Part shown: piece by piece, positions 13,782 through 25,259 of the stretch
Position numbering within the stretch: position 1 is the stretch's first letter
How the letters are laid out: each line of letters opens with the position of its first letter
Assembly: GCA_010909165.1 (NCBI GenBank)
Contig: MU008163.1
Location: 1 to 64,000 of the forward strand
DNA: 64,000 nucleotides
Source of the DNA: Anthoceros angustus
Lineage: Eukaryota; Plantae; Anthocerotophyta
Direction of reading: 5' to 3'
Translations under genes and position numbers: made by a program
The notes under the pieces: generated by a model
Seen by the model: only the letters and a program-made list of their open reading frames with translations
The model's database searches: none
Told to the model about the DNA's origin: nothing

Positions 13782-13956
13782 GTCATATCAAAAGCTTTAG
13801 GGCCAAGAAGAAGAAAAGCAAAGCACGATAATTGCAGCCAGCAAACACGGGATCATCAAATAATGTAATGTGTCCCAATGTAATGCGGTGGTACTGTACA
13901 GGAGCTGCAGAGTTGCCAGCAAATGATCTCTAAATGCTGCACAGCTCACAGCTGAG

Positions 13957-14663
13957 TCACAGCAAAAGCTTGAAGGCCAACAACACTAGAAACACGACCA
14001 CTACAACCAGCAGGCACATGTACATTGCAGAGCAACTCTTGCCAGCTCGTTCCTTCACCAAGCCGAGTTTCTTCTGTACCATCTGCAGAAGGAAAATTCA
14101 AAGCACAAAGAATGAGATCTGCCATAACTCAGGCAAGTACATTCATCCCACAGTGACACGCACACCACTCATTCACTCACTCACCTGCAAACGATTATTC
14201 GTGGCAGTCGTATCCTGATCAATATCATCCTGCAACACCAAACCAGAACACCATTTACAACAGGACCTTGACGTTGAAAACAAGCAAAATCCCCAAACCA
14301 GGTCCTTCTGAAAACCTACCAGCAGCCGCGTGTGAAGGTCCAGTTCCTCGTTCACAGTCAACGCAATGTGCTTCGTGCTCAAAACTGCTGCCTCGAGAGC
14401 GGCTAAATCAAGATCCTGCTCTGCAGCATCGCTCACAAACGGGCTACGCAACTGAGCGGAACAAGGCAACAGCAACGGGAGCTGTCGTGCGCAGCAAGGC
14501 AAGAAGCATGCATACCTTTCATCGTCTGCCGCTGAAGGTTGACGACACCCATGTTGTCAAGCTCAGAGGTGTGGCTCGTTTCCACAGCCTTGGGCCGGCC
14601 ATCCTGCGAGATCAAATTCGCCCTGCTCTTGGCATCCCGACCTGCTGGCCCCTGCCATGCCAT
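13957..14663 (-). CDS. SYP5: SYP5-type (SYP51/52-like) Qc-SNARE, ~139 aa, 4 exons
   Basis: LDNMGVVNLQRQTMK|EQDLDLAALEAAVLSTKHIALTVNEELDLHTRLL|DDIDQD..NRLQ|MVQKKL followed by a C-terminal transmembrane helix. Confidence 0.85.
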
Positions 14664-16217
14664 TCCGGACGCCACAAACGGACAGAGACGCAGAGGCAGG
14701 GGTACGGCGATGCGCGCTTCGCCCCACCCGCTTATTGCGCAAAGGATTCCCGTGTGGAAATCGAGTAACAGTCTAACACGCGCAAGTGTCAAGTAGCAAA
14801 GCGAAAATTGCGAAATTCTGCATACCTGTCTGAACATATATACCCTAGGTACCTTGTCCGGAAACGTCCTCAATTGATTTAAGTGGACAGTGTAGTTGCA
14901 ATATATCCTACCTAGAACCGCGTCTGCGAGTATGGGCTACGAAGGGGTTCGCTATTGTGAAGGTATATAAAGTATTCTCCTCTGCATAACGGCCACTCCT
15001 TTCATCCCTAGATGTACTACAACACTACAACTGCAAGAATGGGTTTGGTCTTCCTCTTTCTATACTTCTATATTGTGAATTTTTTAAGCAATGTGTCCAC
15101 TCCTTCATCCCAAGATGTACTACAACTACAAGAATGGGTTTGGTCTTCCTCATATTGTGATTCTCTTAAACAATGTGTCCATCGCCCCGCATGGGCAATG
15201 CCCAAACTCGGTGTGCAAGACGGCGGCTAGCACTTGGATGCAACTTCTTTGGCATATGGCATATATGGTAGGTAGGTCTTTTTCTATCCCTAACTAAGAA
15301 ATTCTCTGGATTGTAGGTAGTTTCGAAATGAACAACCACAGCCTTAGTCCCCTTGGCATGCTGCCTTTGTTGGGTTGTTCCCTTTTTTATTGGGGTAGGT
15401 GGAGTTTTCTATTTTTTTGCATATGAAGTGTATGTGTCGCCTTGATTTAACTAAAAGTTTTCTACTTCTGTAAATATGAATAAAATAAATTTGGAAAGTG
15501 CTATGGCAAATACGGACAGGATGTCATGCTGTGATGGTCATGCAGATGTGCTTCAGGGATCAGCCTGCGGTCAGGACAACAAGCATGAGGCACAGGCCGC
15601 TCAGAGCAACGAAGCTTGTTCAACAAGTCTGCACAGTGAAAAGCGGGATGGATAGTCAGGCGTTCCTCTGCTTGGGCTGTCCTGCACATGGAAAGAGACC
15701 AGATGTACGGACATACAAGATGGACGCCCGGGTGATGGCCTGATGGTCGAGACAGAGTGTAATCGGCTGGGGGACCGCTGTGATACCGTCAACGATGCGA
15801 GGATGGTTGCCCACATGACCTCATCAATGCACTTTCGATGACAAGTGTCCTTTACCTTCAATTCGGGTCCACACTTGTACTCAAATTCTTTGAGAAATGC
15901 TGCACACCTAGATACCGCCAGATGTGGTGTAATGGAGGCATGTGCCTGACACTTGAGAGAAAAGTGAAAGGTGGTTGAGGGCTGTAGCCCAGTGTTGCAG
16001 GTGACCGACTCCATGAGAGAGTGTGGTTTTGGTTTTGGGTAACACCTCGGAAAGGAATATGAGAAGCGTGGCAGGATGCTTTTCCTGCAAAGAGTTCCGG
16101 GTTAGTGGCAGGATACTGGCCACGATCGTTGCTTGGGAGTATAAAAGGAAAAGCAGGACATGTACCAATTATCTCCGTGACCCATTCGAGATCAGCATGT
16201 CATGGCTTTGGCGATTA

Positions 16218-16666
16218 CACGCGTCTCATCACGGATGTGCGCCTGCACTTGCTCCTGTTCTTCAGCATAGCTGTGTGCTAAAGTCCCATCCATTTTCACG
16301 TTCTTCACAGAGCGTGTACAGATAAGAGTTCTTTCTCGCGACCATTTATTGGAAAAGACTGAAGGAATTTCACCTTCGTGGTCTGGGAATATGATATGGA
16401 TGTCGTCCTCGAAAGCAGTCGAAGCATGGAAGCTACGCCCACGTCTCACCACGGATGTGCGCCTGCACTTGCTTCTGCGCTTCAGGGCAACTGTGTACTA
16501 AATTTCGTTTCATTTTCACATTCTTCACAGAGCGTGTACAGACCGGGGATTCTTTCTCACGACCTTCTACTGGAAAAGACTACAAGGACTTTCACCTTCG
16601 TAGTCTGGGCATATGATAAAGAATCTCTCATCCTCGAGAGCAGTCGAAGCATGAAAGCTACGCCCG
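16218..16666. repeat. Diverged tandem duplication, ~223-bp unit x2
   Basis: cgtctcaYcacggatgtgcgcctgcacttgct ... gcagtcgaagcatgRaagctacgccc repeated. Confidence 0.9.
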
Positions 16667-16957
16667 CCCTATGGTACGAGCTTATTCTGTGGGCGTGAAG
16701 GTTAAGCCTATTCCCATCTAATTAGTAGAGTACAAAATTCCTTAGCAAGATCAATACATATGTCTATGCAGCTCCTAGCAGGGCCTTGGTGCGGAAAGAC
16801 CACACACCTTAGGATGAACGGATACTTCAAGACTGCGCATCGATAGATGCAATTACCTGCCTGTATACATATCTTGAAAATGCCCTTCCTCAGAGATCAC
16901 AAGCACTCCACTTCGAGCGAAAGCAACCTCCAGAAATTTATGACCGGAGTTCGAAGC

Positions 16958-18464
16958 TCAGCGACGGCACACGAGCCCAGACCCGCCAGAGCAGGTGGTC
17001 TGAGGGAAATCAAACAGAACCTCGTTGGTGCTCTGGCCCTGGAATGCAGAAACCTTGCAGTCGGCCGCCATGAGAGATGACGAGACGTAGTCCTTCTCTC
17101 CGCCCATGACGAGCGACTTCTGGCCGGGCTTTTTCTCCTGATGCCTGAAGCCGGGAGCATAGGTCTGCCCCAACACGCCGGCCACGGTCGGCGTGAGCGC
17201 CTTGAACTGGAAGTTCGCCTCCAGGTGAGCGAAGCAGTTGTCGGCCGTGATGCCGTACTGGTGTTTGATGTTATCTTCCTCCGTCACTGGCACCACGACC
17301 ACCGTGAGGGAGAACTGGTTCTCGACCTCCACGTGCACGGCGTTGCGGTCCTCGGTTCTGGTGATCTTCACTCCGGCGTAGGGCGCCGTCCAGACGGCAT
17401 CCTGGGCGGTGGCCAGGACGACGGGGCTGGAGTCGAAGGCCATCACCAGGTAGTCCACAGACTCATCGAAGGTCGCCACCTGCAGAGCCGGTCGCAATTC
17501 GTCAGACGTTTCTGAGTCGGGCAACGAATACGTGCAGATGTACACAAACAATTAAGCGGAAGAAAGAATGTACACGGAGACAGGGAATCGGAAGAGGAAA
17601 CAATGCAAAACGGAGGCAGCAGGCGAGGAAACGCAAGAAGGACACATGCAAATGTAGAAAGAAACCAGCAAGCGCAAGAAGGACAAAGCAAAATGTAGAC
17701 AGAATCAAGGAAGGGTAGAAGCAAACGATGGAAAATGTACAAACAAACAAGAAAGCGAGGGAAGGACACAATCGAAAATGTACAAGGAAACAAGGAACAG
17801 GGAAGCAAATGGGAAATGTACACACAGACAAGGAAGCGGAAGAAGGAAACAACGGAAGAAGGAGACAATGGAGCTCTCACCTTCTTGGCACCCACGTACA
17901 ACTGGTGGTCGCCGAAGAGGATCCCGAGAGACTGCACCCAGGTGAAATCACGGGACATGTGGTCCGCCCGGCGCCCGATGAAGTGCGCATTCACGTGGAG
18001 ATTGGAGTCAGCGACGATGCAGAAGTCGGCGTCCTTGCGGCCGTGGAAGTAGAACTGCTGCCCGTCGTTGCCCACGAACACCGGGTCGTCCTTCACACAT
18101 CCCGGGTGCCAGCGATTGCACGGCTTCGGGTCCCCTGGCTTCGGGTAGCCGTGCCCTGGCTTCGGATGCCCGTGCCCTGGCTTCGGATGCCCGTGCCCAG
18201 GCCCGTACTTGTAGCCAGTCTTGCCTTCCCTTTGAGCTGCAATGCAAGCACAAACCCCCCAGAGTCACGTCGCATTCCAGCAAGCATATATCCAGGAACA
18301 AGGCCGCTCGAGAGCGACTGCCACGACCAGCTTAGCGACATTGGAAGCACCCCGGGGACAAGCACGTTCGACTCGCTCAGACACTCATGCTCACCATCGA
18401 CATTCAAAGCCGCGATGAGGGCCAGGAAGGCCACCGCGAGGGAGAGGATCACGGCCATCTTCAT
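16958..18464 (-). CDS. Secreted Root_cap/LEA-related protein A (exons 18395-18464, 17881-18236, 16958-17479)
   Basis: Signal peptide; DPVFVGNDGQQFYFHGRKDADFCIVADSNLHVNAHFIG, RDFTWVQSLGI, HQYGITADNCFAHLE, GVLGQTY; ends CSGGSGLVCRR; splice phases are consistent. Confidence 0.92.
17565..17870. repeat. Intronic degenerate ~42-bp minisatellite
   Basis: Recurrent aaatgtac...acaaggaa(g)c units inside intron 2 of Root_cap gene A. Confidence 0.65.
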
Positions 18465-18709
18465 GGTGGGCTGCAGGGGGAGGGCCCGTCGAATCGCCCA
18501 CAAACACTAGCAAGGCGAGCTCTGATACCAAGTGTGGAGAGGGTGTAGGGGGATTTATGCGCTTGCTCCAAGAGCGAGGTGCGCATTAAACTGGCGGGGA
18601 GGTGGGCCAGTTCCACAGGCCCCTCCTGCTGAGCGCGCTGCTCTACACTTGATTCCAGCTGTCTCAAGCATGCCTAAAAATAGAAGCATGAGAATGGTAG
18701 GTGGCCTCA

Positions 18710-20597
18710 CCTTGTCCTCCGCCACCAGAAGAGGAGTGGGTTCTCCTTCACCCACTCAGAGCGCTGCTCTTTTGCCAGGAGCTCTGGCCCGTAGAATCCT
18801 CTCGCCCGCTCACAGCGCGCTGGCTTGATTGGCACTGTCATCGCACCATCGCGGAAGCCGCAGAGACAAACGATTTTCTTTTTCGTGAAACAAAGACGAC
18901 CCCAGTTCTTCCGCCTGCACCAGAATATTCAATGGACAGGAGAACATGGCTTGGAGATGATTTTGCAGGAGCCAGACCCCGCCTTGAGGCGTGAAAAAAG
19001 GAGAATTCTATAAAAAAAAAAACTTACGAACATATCCAGCCCCTCGGTATCTTTGTGGGCGAGTGGGATGGGCTGCTGCTTGCTGCAGTGCTGAGACAGG
19101 ATTGAGCCCTCGTGTTTCTACTGGAGGAGGAGAACTGCCGACATGTGAGGCCAAGAAATGATGCAGAAGTACAAGTATATCGATTTGCAACTTGATGCTG
19201 TTCATGTTCTTACTTGCAGTACATGCGTGGCATGCATGGTTCCAGCATGCCACGAATGGGCCTCTTGAAGGCTGCGTCCCGCCTGCTGCAGCAGCAGTCA
19301 TCCAGCAGCGAACAGGTGGTGGGTGATACATGATTCCCTCTGATCGGATCTCCATCTGGCATGTTTCGGAGATGTCCCGAGGACTCCCGTCCATGGGGCG
19401 GCTGTGAGGAGGCGAGGCTGCGGATCGAGAGCGCCAGGCTGGCCAGTTCGGATCCGATGTCCATCAATCCCTGCTTGAACAAGTGTCGGATCCTTGTCAA
19501 ACTTTTAACGCATCGCTGTGGAAAGACCAGAATTCCGCTGTCGATCTCCACGGCGCCACTCCCAAAGCTAAAATGAGCATCCGGACAAAGTACGCACCCA
19601 GGGCAGCACATTTTCCAAGACATGCGGACCCCCATCATCTGGCGATGGCGGTCCGCAACAATGGGCGGTTACCTCCGCCCATCTGTGGACCGATTCAGGG
19701 GTCTTGATGGCCCCGGGATGAAGATGTGAGCGAAATCAGGGTCCATTGTTCTGTCTTCGACATGGGGAGGCCTTGGGTGTGGTGCCTTCGTCTGAGGAGT
19801 TTCTGTTATTTCGGTTTGGGCAGTGGTTGTCTGTAAGAGCCCGGATCCCGATGAGCTGTGTTCGGTTTTGAATTTCGTAGCTGCTGGCGGTTTCGGATTT
19901 CTTTGATGGTGAGATTCTACTTTGTGCACGCGGAGCCTTTTTTTTGGAGGACTTTGGTGTTCTTGCGTACTTGAATCTTGTTTGGGATTAGGACCAGGAC
20001 CTTCTGCTGGTGGGGAAAGTGGCCCAAGCTTCGGAGGTCGCTTTGTTGTATGTTCATCTGTGACAGCGGCAGCAGGAGGCTTTGGATAATGTGCTGCAGC
20101 AACAGCTGGGAGGCGTGCTGTACTTCCGGGCTCCTTATTAAGCTTCTCCACTGCTGCTGCAACTGTTGTGCGGCCTGCATCCTCCATCCCCTGTGCTGCT
20201 GCAAGGCGTAGGTCGATTGCACTACGTCTGTCCAGGGCATAAAGATCCCTCCACCGGGACCCTTCCTTGCACGCTCCCATCTCCTCTGCTGCACCAAGAT
20301 ATAGGTCGATTGGGCAATCTCCGGGCTCCGTCTCTGGTGTTGCTGGAATATTGAGATCGAATGCATGCACCATTTTCACCTCTGGTACTGCTACAATACT
20401 GAGATCGAATGCACCATCTGCAGGTTCCACCTCCGGTACTGCAAGAATCCATGTTGCTCCATTTGCGTTGGAATGCAGGATTATAAGGTAGTGTGATAAG
20501 CTAACGGGGTCGAGCAATGCTCCATTCGAGCACACGGCTTTTGACCTTTCGGTTGCTGCGGAATTTCTCCCGCTGAAGTGGTCCACCTGCTGCCCAT
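18710..20597 (-). CDS. Orphan multi-exon protein with repeated EAR-like motifs, an NLS and a possible degenerate SAND/TDBD-like C-terminus
   Basis: Exons ~20546-20597, 19673-20438, 19214-19568 and 19030-19134 join in phase. Motifs AFDLSI, AFDLNIP, IDLYLG, IDLRLA and PPKKRLR. The last exon (KIVCLCGF) is not cleanly in frame. Confidence 0.55.
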
Positions 20598-22745
20598 CTC
20601 ACCAGCGATGTTCGTGCAATTCGGCTGGGTTCGGTCCCTTCTTCCCCTGGTGATGACAGGAATGTAGCGGGTTATCACAGTCGGTTGCGAGAGATTTCTT
20701 CCGCGCGAGACAGTTCGAAATAAAACTTAGTGATCACTGTCACACACACGTCTCTGCTTCTCTACGGACAACAGAAGCAAGAAACAGGCTCGGAAAAGAG
20801 ATTCTGTGAGACACCTGCTGCACCCTGAAGTAAGTACCATAGCCTTATTTCCTTGGTCTCACTGAAATAGCTCAAACGGCGATCACTGCATAGCCTGGAT
20901 GAGGAAGAAAGACTTTGGCTATCACACGGGTTGAATAATGAATCTCAGAGTCCAGTAGAAGGGCTTAGGCTTGACCCAACAAACCATTGGACACCTCAAG
21001 GTGTTCACCATCATGTTTTGTCCCTCCACTTCCTTGTGGCAACAATCAGGAGACACCACCGCCAGATTCTTCTGTCTGGGCTACGGCACGTTACAAGGGC
21101 TCATACGCAAACACACACACGCGTGCAGAATGAATGAAAGCGCATGTGTGTATGCGAGGGTACTCAAGCACGAAAGACATCACGGTCACTCAGACATCAC
21201 CGTCACTTAGACCTTCCACATAAAATGCATCTGGTCCTGGCAAACGTTTTCAGCTAATCCTTCCAACAGAGACAATCTGCTGTGCCAGCTACGGAGACAA
21301 ACGACGACGCGGTAGGAGAATCAACGGAGGAGACAGAAGAAAAGGTGATTGCTCAACCCTACTGAGTTTGTCCGTTGCCTCTGTTGTGATACAGAACTTC
21401 TTTAGGTCCTAGTACCCCATCGACATCAGGAAACGCCTCGGGTCTAACAACAGCTTGAGCAGCGGATGTGAAGGAACCTGTGCTATCACATGAGATAACC
21501 TGCGTCAGTTGGATAGCCTATTCTACTAAGATCTCAACTCCCCAAGATCTGCCAAGGAGCAGAAAGTGAAAGTGGCGAGACCGTTCCTTCCCTTAAATAA
21601 AGACCAACCCATGGATACCAGGTGCCCCAGAACTCTTAGCAGTGCCTGATCGAGCCGGGATCATAAACTAGATACAAACCAACAGCAACCGCTTGATTCC
21701 AGATATTGGAGCTGGGAATTCCCCCAGATAAACCATCCAAAAGAGACCAGCGGCTGCCCATGTTCAGGAAACAAACGACAATGCAGCAGGGGCATCAACT
21801 TAGGAAATAGAAGAAAAGCTAGCTCAATCTTACCACAGTTTGACTTACACCTCTGTTCTGGTACATATCCCCGTCTTGTTCAGATACCACGGCCCACCTG
21901 GTGCCAGGAAATGCCTCTATAAGTAGCCTGTGCAATCAGCCATCGCTTTAACTTAGCCTCAGCATACACAAGATCTCGACCCGCCAACGTGATCCCACAT
22001 ATCGGACATGAGGAATTGGCTTTATTCAGCTAACCGTCCAGCAAGTACCCACTGCCAACGAGGTGAAGAGCAGCCATCTAGAGGACGAAAGGAAAGCTGT
22101 TAGCTCACCCTGCAGAGTCTGTTTCAGGCCACGTCTTGAGATAGATATCCTTTCGTCTTGATACGCCTCAGCAATCCTGGTACCCTGAGATCACAACTGC
22201 AGCCTGAGTAGTAGGAGTGGAGGAGCCTGTGTGCAGTCACATTAGTGAGCTTGCGCAAGATCATCATAAGTACACAAAATTTCAAGACCTCCAGCCACCT
22301 AATGCGTCCACCGATTTTGTCTCTAGCCGCAAAAGTCAAGTCAGTAGGCTGTTCAAGAGAGACGCGCAAAACGAAGTAGTTTGAAATTTTGGACAAACTT
22401 GAACCTGGTATGCAGGTTCCCACCGTTGACATCAGCCATTTGAACCTCTTTCATGGGCGTTCCCTCGAGGTTTCACCTCTTTGGGTGTTATTATGGGGAA
22501 AGTACGAAATACACACATCCCACTCAGCCTATGCAAAGACAATGCAAATCTCGTCAGCACTCAGTCCAATTCCGTCCATGATCTCCCCTTGCCTGCATTT
22601 GTGGCAGGGAGACGGCACGGACGGCATCGCTCTAGACATGACGCGACTGACCATCTGCCTGCATTTATGGACGCACACCGATTGTGTGCAAGATTGCACG
22701 CACGACTTTCCGATCAAGTTCAAAATTCGCTGAATTGGGTTACAT

Positions 22746-23841
22746 TCAGCGACGGCAGACGAGGCCAGAGCCACCGGCGCAGGTGGTCTGGGGAAGTCGA
22801 CGATGGTTACATCGTTGGAGGTGTGACTCGGAAGCCGGCGACCTTGCCAGTCGGCGGACATGAGGGCGGAAGAGAGGAAGGAGCTCTTCAGACAGCACCG
22901 GCATGCTCTGGTCGGCCTGCTTCTCCAGGTGCTTGAAGCCGGGAGCATAAGCATAAGTCAGGACTCCCCGACACGGTGGGCGTCAGTGCCTTGAACTGGA
23001 AGTTCAGCTCCAGGTGGGCGAAGCAGTTGTCGGGGTGATGCCGTAGCGGTGGCGAATGTTGTCGGATTCTGTGACGGGCACGACGAGCACGGAGAGGAGA
23101 ACTGGTCGTCCACATCGATGATGACGCCGTTGTGGTTCTGCGACCTGGTGACGGTCAGACCGGCGTGAGGAGCACTCCAGGCAGCGTCCTTCACGGTGGG
23201 CAGGATGATCGAGTTGCGTCCAGGGACATCACCAGGTAGTCCACGGAGTTGTCAAAGGTGGCCACCTGCAGCATTGTCGATGGACGTGTCTCAGATTGGT
23301 CGTCTGGGCCGTTTAACTGGATCCAAAAATTGTCCGCGAGTGTGGCCATTGTGCGAATCTTTGGGCTCTTGCTGGCGCTGATGTAGAACTGGTGATCGCC
23401 GAAGAGAATTCGAGGACTGCACCCAGGTGAAGTCGGGACATGTGGTCGGCCCTGCCGATGAAGTGGGCATTCACGCAGGTTAGAGTCGGAGACGATGCAG
23501 AAGTCGGCATCCTTGTGGCCATGGAAGTAGAACTGCTGGCCGTCGCTGCCCACGAAGACGGGGTCGTCCTTGATGCAACCTGGGTAGTAGCCCTGGCTGC
23601 AGGGCCTCGGCTTCACTTACTGGCTGCAAACACACAACATTCGCAATCAGGAACCGGACAACAGGGGGTCAATGCGGTAGTGCACAGCACCCTTCCATCA
23701 GTTGCAAATGATGGGCGGTAAAGCTCAAGTAGCTGCAGCTGCGGCGCACAAAACCCAGCTCGCAGAGTCGCTAATCACCTTCAGCATTGTTGGCAACAGA
23801 CAGTGCCAACACGCCACAATCACGGCAGCGAGCACCGCCAT
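22746..23841 (-). pseudogene. Root_cap/LEA-related protein B, indel-disrupted copy
   Basis: Same sequence as the intact 34525-35643 copy but with many small deletions. Confidence 0.8.
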
Positions 23842-24474
23842 TACTGCTGCAAAGCCTTGCTTTCCTCGAAGACGATCTAGGATGGCAGAAAGCGTGGCAC
23901 TGTTGTGTCTGGCAGGAGCACGCTGAGCTTTATACTCACTCCCGCTTGACCTCTCGCAGGTCCAGACAACACCGGTTGCGTGAGGACAAATCCAACATGG
24001 CAAGGTCGCACATGTCTCGGGCTCGATTCCCATGCGGAGGTCTCGATATGGGCCTGTCGACCTCTGTTCCCATTGGTCAATCACGTCTATTTCCAGCCCA
24101 TGCGGGTGTAAATCTGTGTAGTGTTAACAGCCATCCAACCTTGCTTTGGTGGCCGTTGAAGGCGTCTCAAATTTACAATTCTTTAAGGGCGCCCAGGACA
24201 AGCCTGGGCTGTACTGGCAGAGCAGGCAAGTCGCCAACAATGAATGCTGGTAGTCACTAGTAGGTACTACACCCATACCCACAGGCTTCACCAAGTTGAC
24301 CCTTTCTTCTTTTCCGGAAAGCTACATACTGTAAACAACGCTGTAGCATTGGGCTGACAGAGGGCTGCAGGCTTTGGCTGGCATTCAAGGCTGGCATCAG
24401 TACGCCATCTTTCACGTGCCGGACAGCTAGGCTGGCAGCCCATGAATGCACAACGGACCAGTGCAGGCGTCCGG

Positions 24475-25190
24475 CAAACCCGATTTCACAACCCTGCTAC
24501 AGAATCTGTTGCCGAAATTGGGCTACGTCTCACCACCCGCGTCGGTGCAGGCAGCGGGGAGAATGTTTCCTGGCCCACCGTCCGCATTTAGACTCTTGGA
24601 GGCGATACCAGGGGTCGCATGCAGTAGGACTTCGTCATAACGACTTTTCTCTATGGCTATAAAATTTTCAACCCCGCACCGACGGTGCGCACCGTATTCA
24701 CATGTTTATGTGTTGTGGTGGTTTCCAGCCACAAATGCACCTAGGGAATGGGGAGCCACACTGGACGTATACGGACTTGGCGCGCTGTTCGTGATTCTTC
24801 TCATGATATATATACGCTGCTTCTTTATTAAAGGATGAGCTGGCCTTATTTTATATATATAAGAGGAAGATAACATTTAGTATAGTGCAGTGATTGGCAA
24901 AAGAGGCTAGAGATAGGTCTACCAATCCAAATTGGAAGTTGGACTCCCTGATATGTAGGACACATGCTTTTTCGCTAGCAACAGGTCTACCAATCCGAAT
25001 AGGAAGTTGACTCCATGATATGCAGTACACATACTTTTTTCTCAAAGGAGGACCTTGCAAGAAGGAAAAGATCTGTCATAATTTATATTATTCTTTTTTA
25101 TAAAATATCATTTAATCCAATCATTCTCTTTAGGGGGATTAAGCCATTTGCACTCCTTGCTGAATGAATATCCGTGCTGCTTTGACCATT
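24475..25190. repeat. Dispersed repeat family member (copy at ~36287-37000; diverged relative at ~45925-46510)
   Basis: Collinear anchors caaacccgat, aatgtttcctg..tccgcatttaga, aacgacttt, ttattaa(a)ggatg, taagaggaaga, aagYcatttgcactc. Confidence 0.7.
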
Positions 25191-25259
25191 AGATCACCAC
25201 CCCATCCTATAGCCCCATCCTATAGCCCCGTCCTATACCCCGTCCTATAGTCATTGACA

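Noticed and set aside
15500-16020. Possible minus-strand gene
   Set aside because: No recognisable motif or consistent exon model.
19030-19060. AP2 domain start (RYRG) in the orphan gene
   Set aside because: The following sequence lacks the WxAEIR and WLG motifs.
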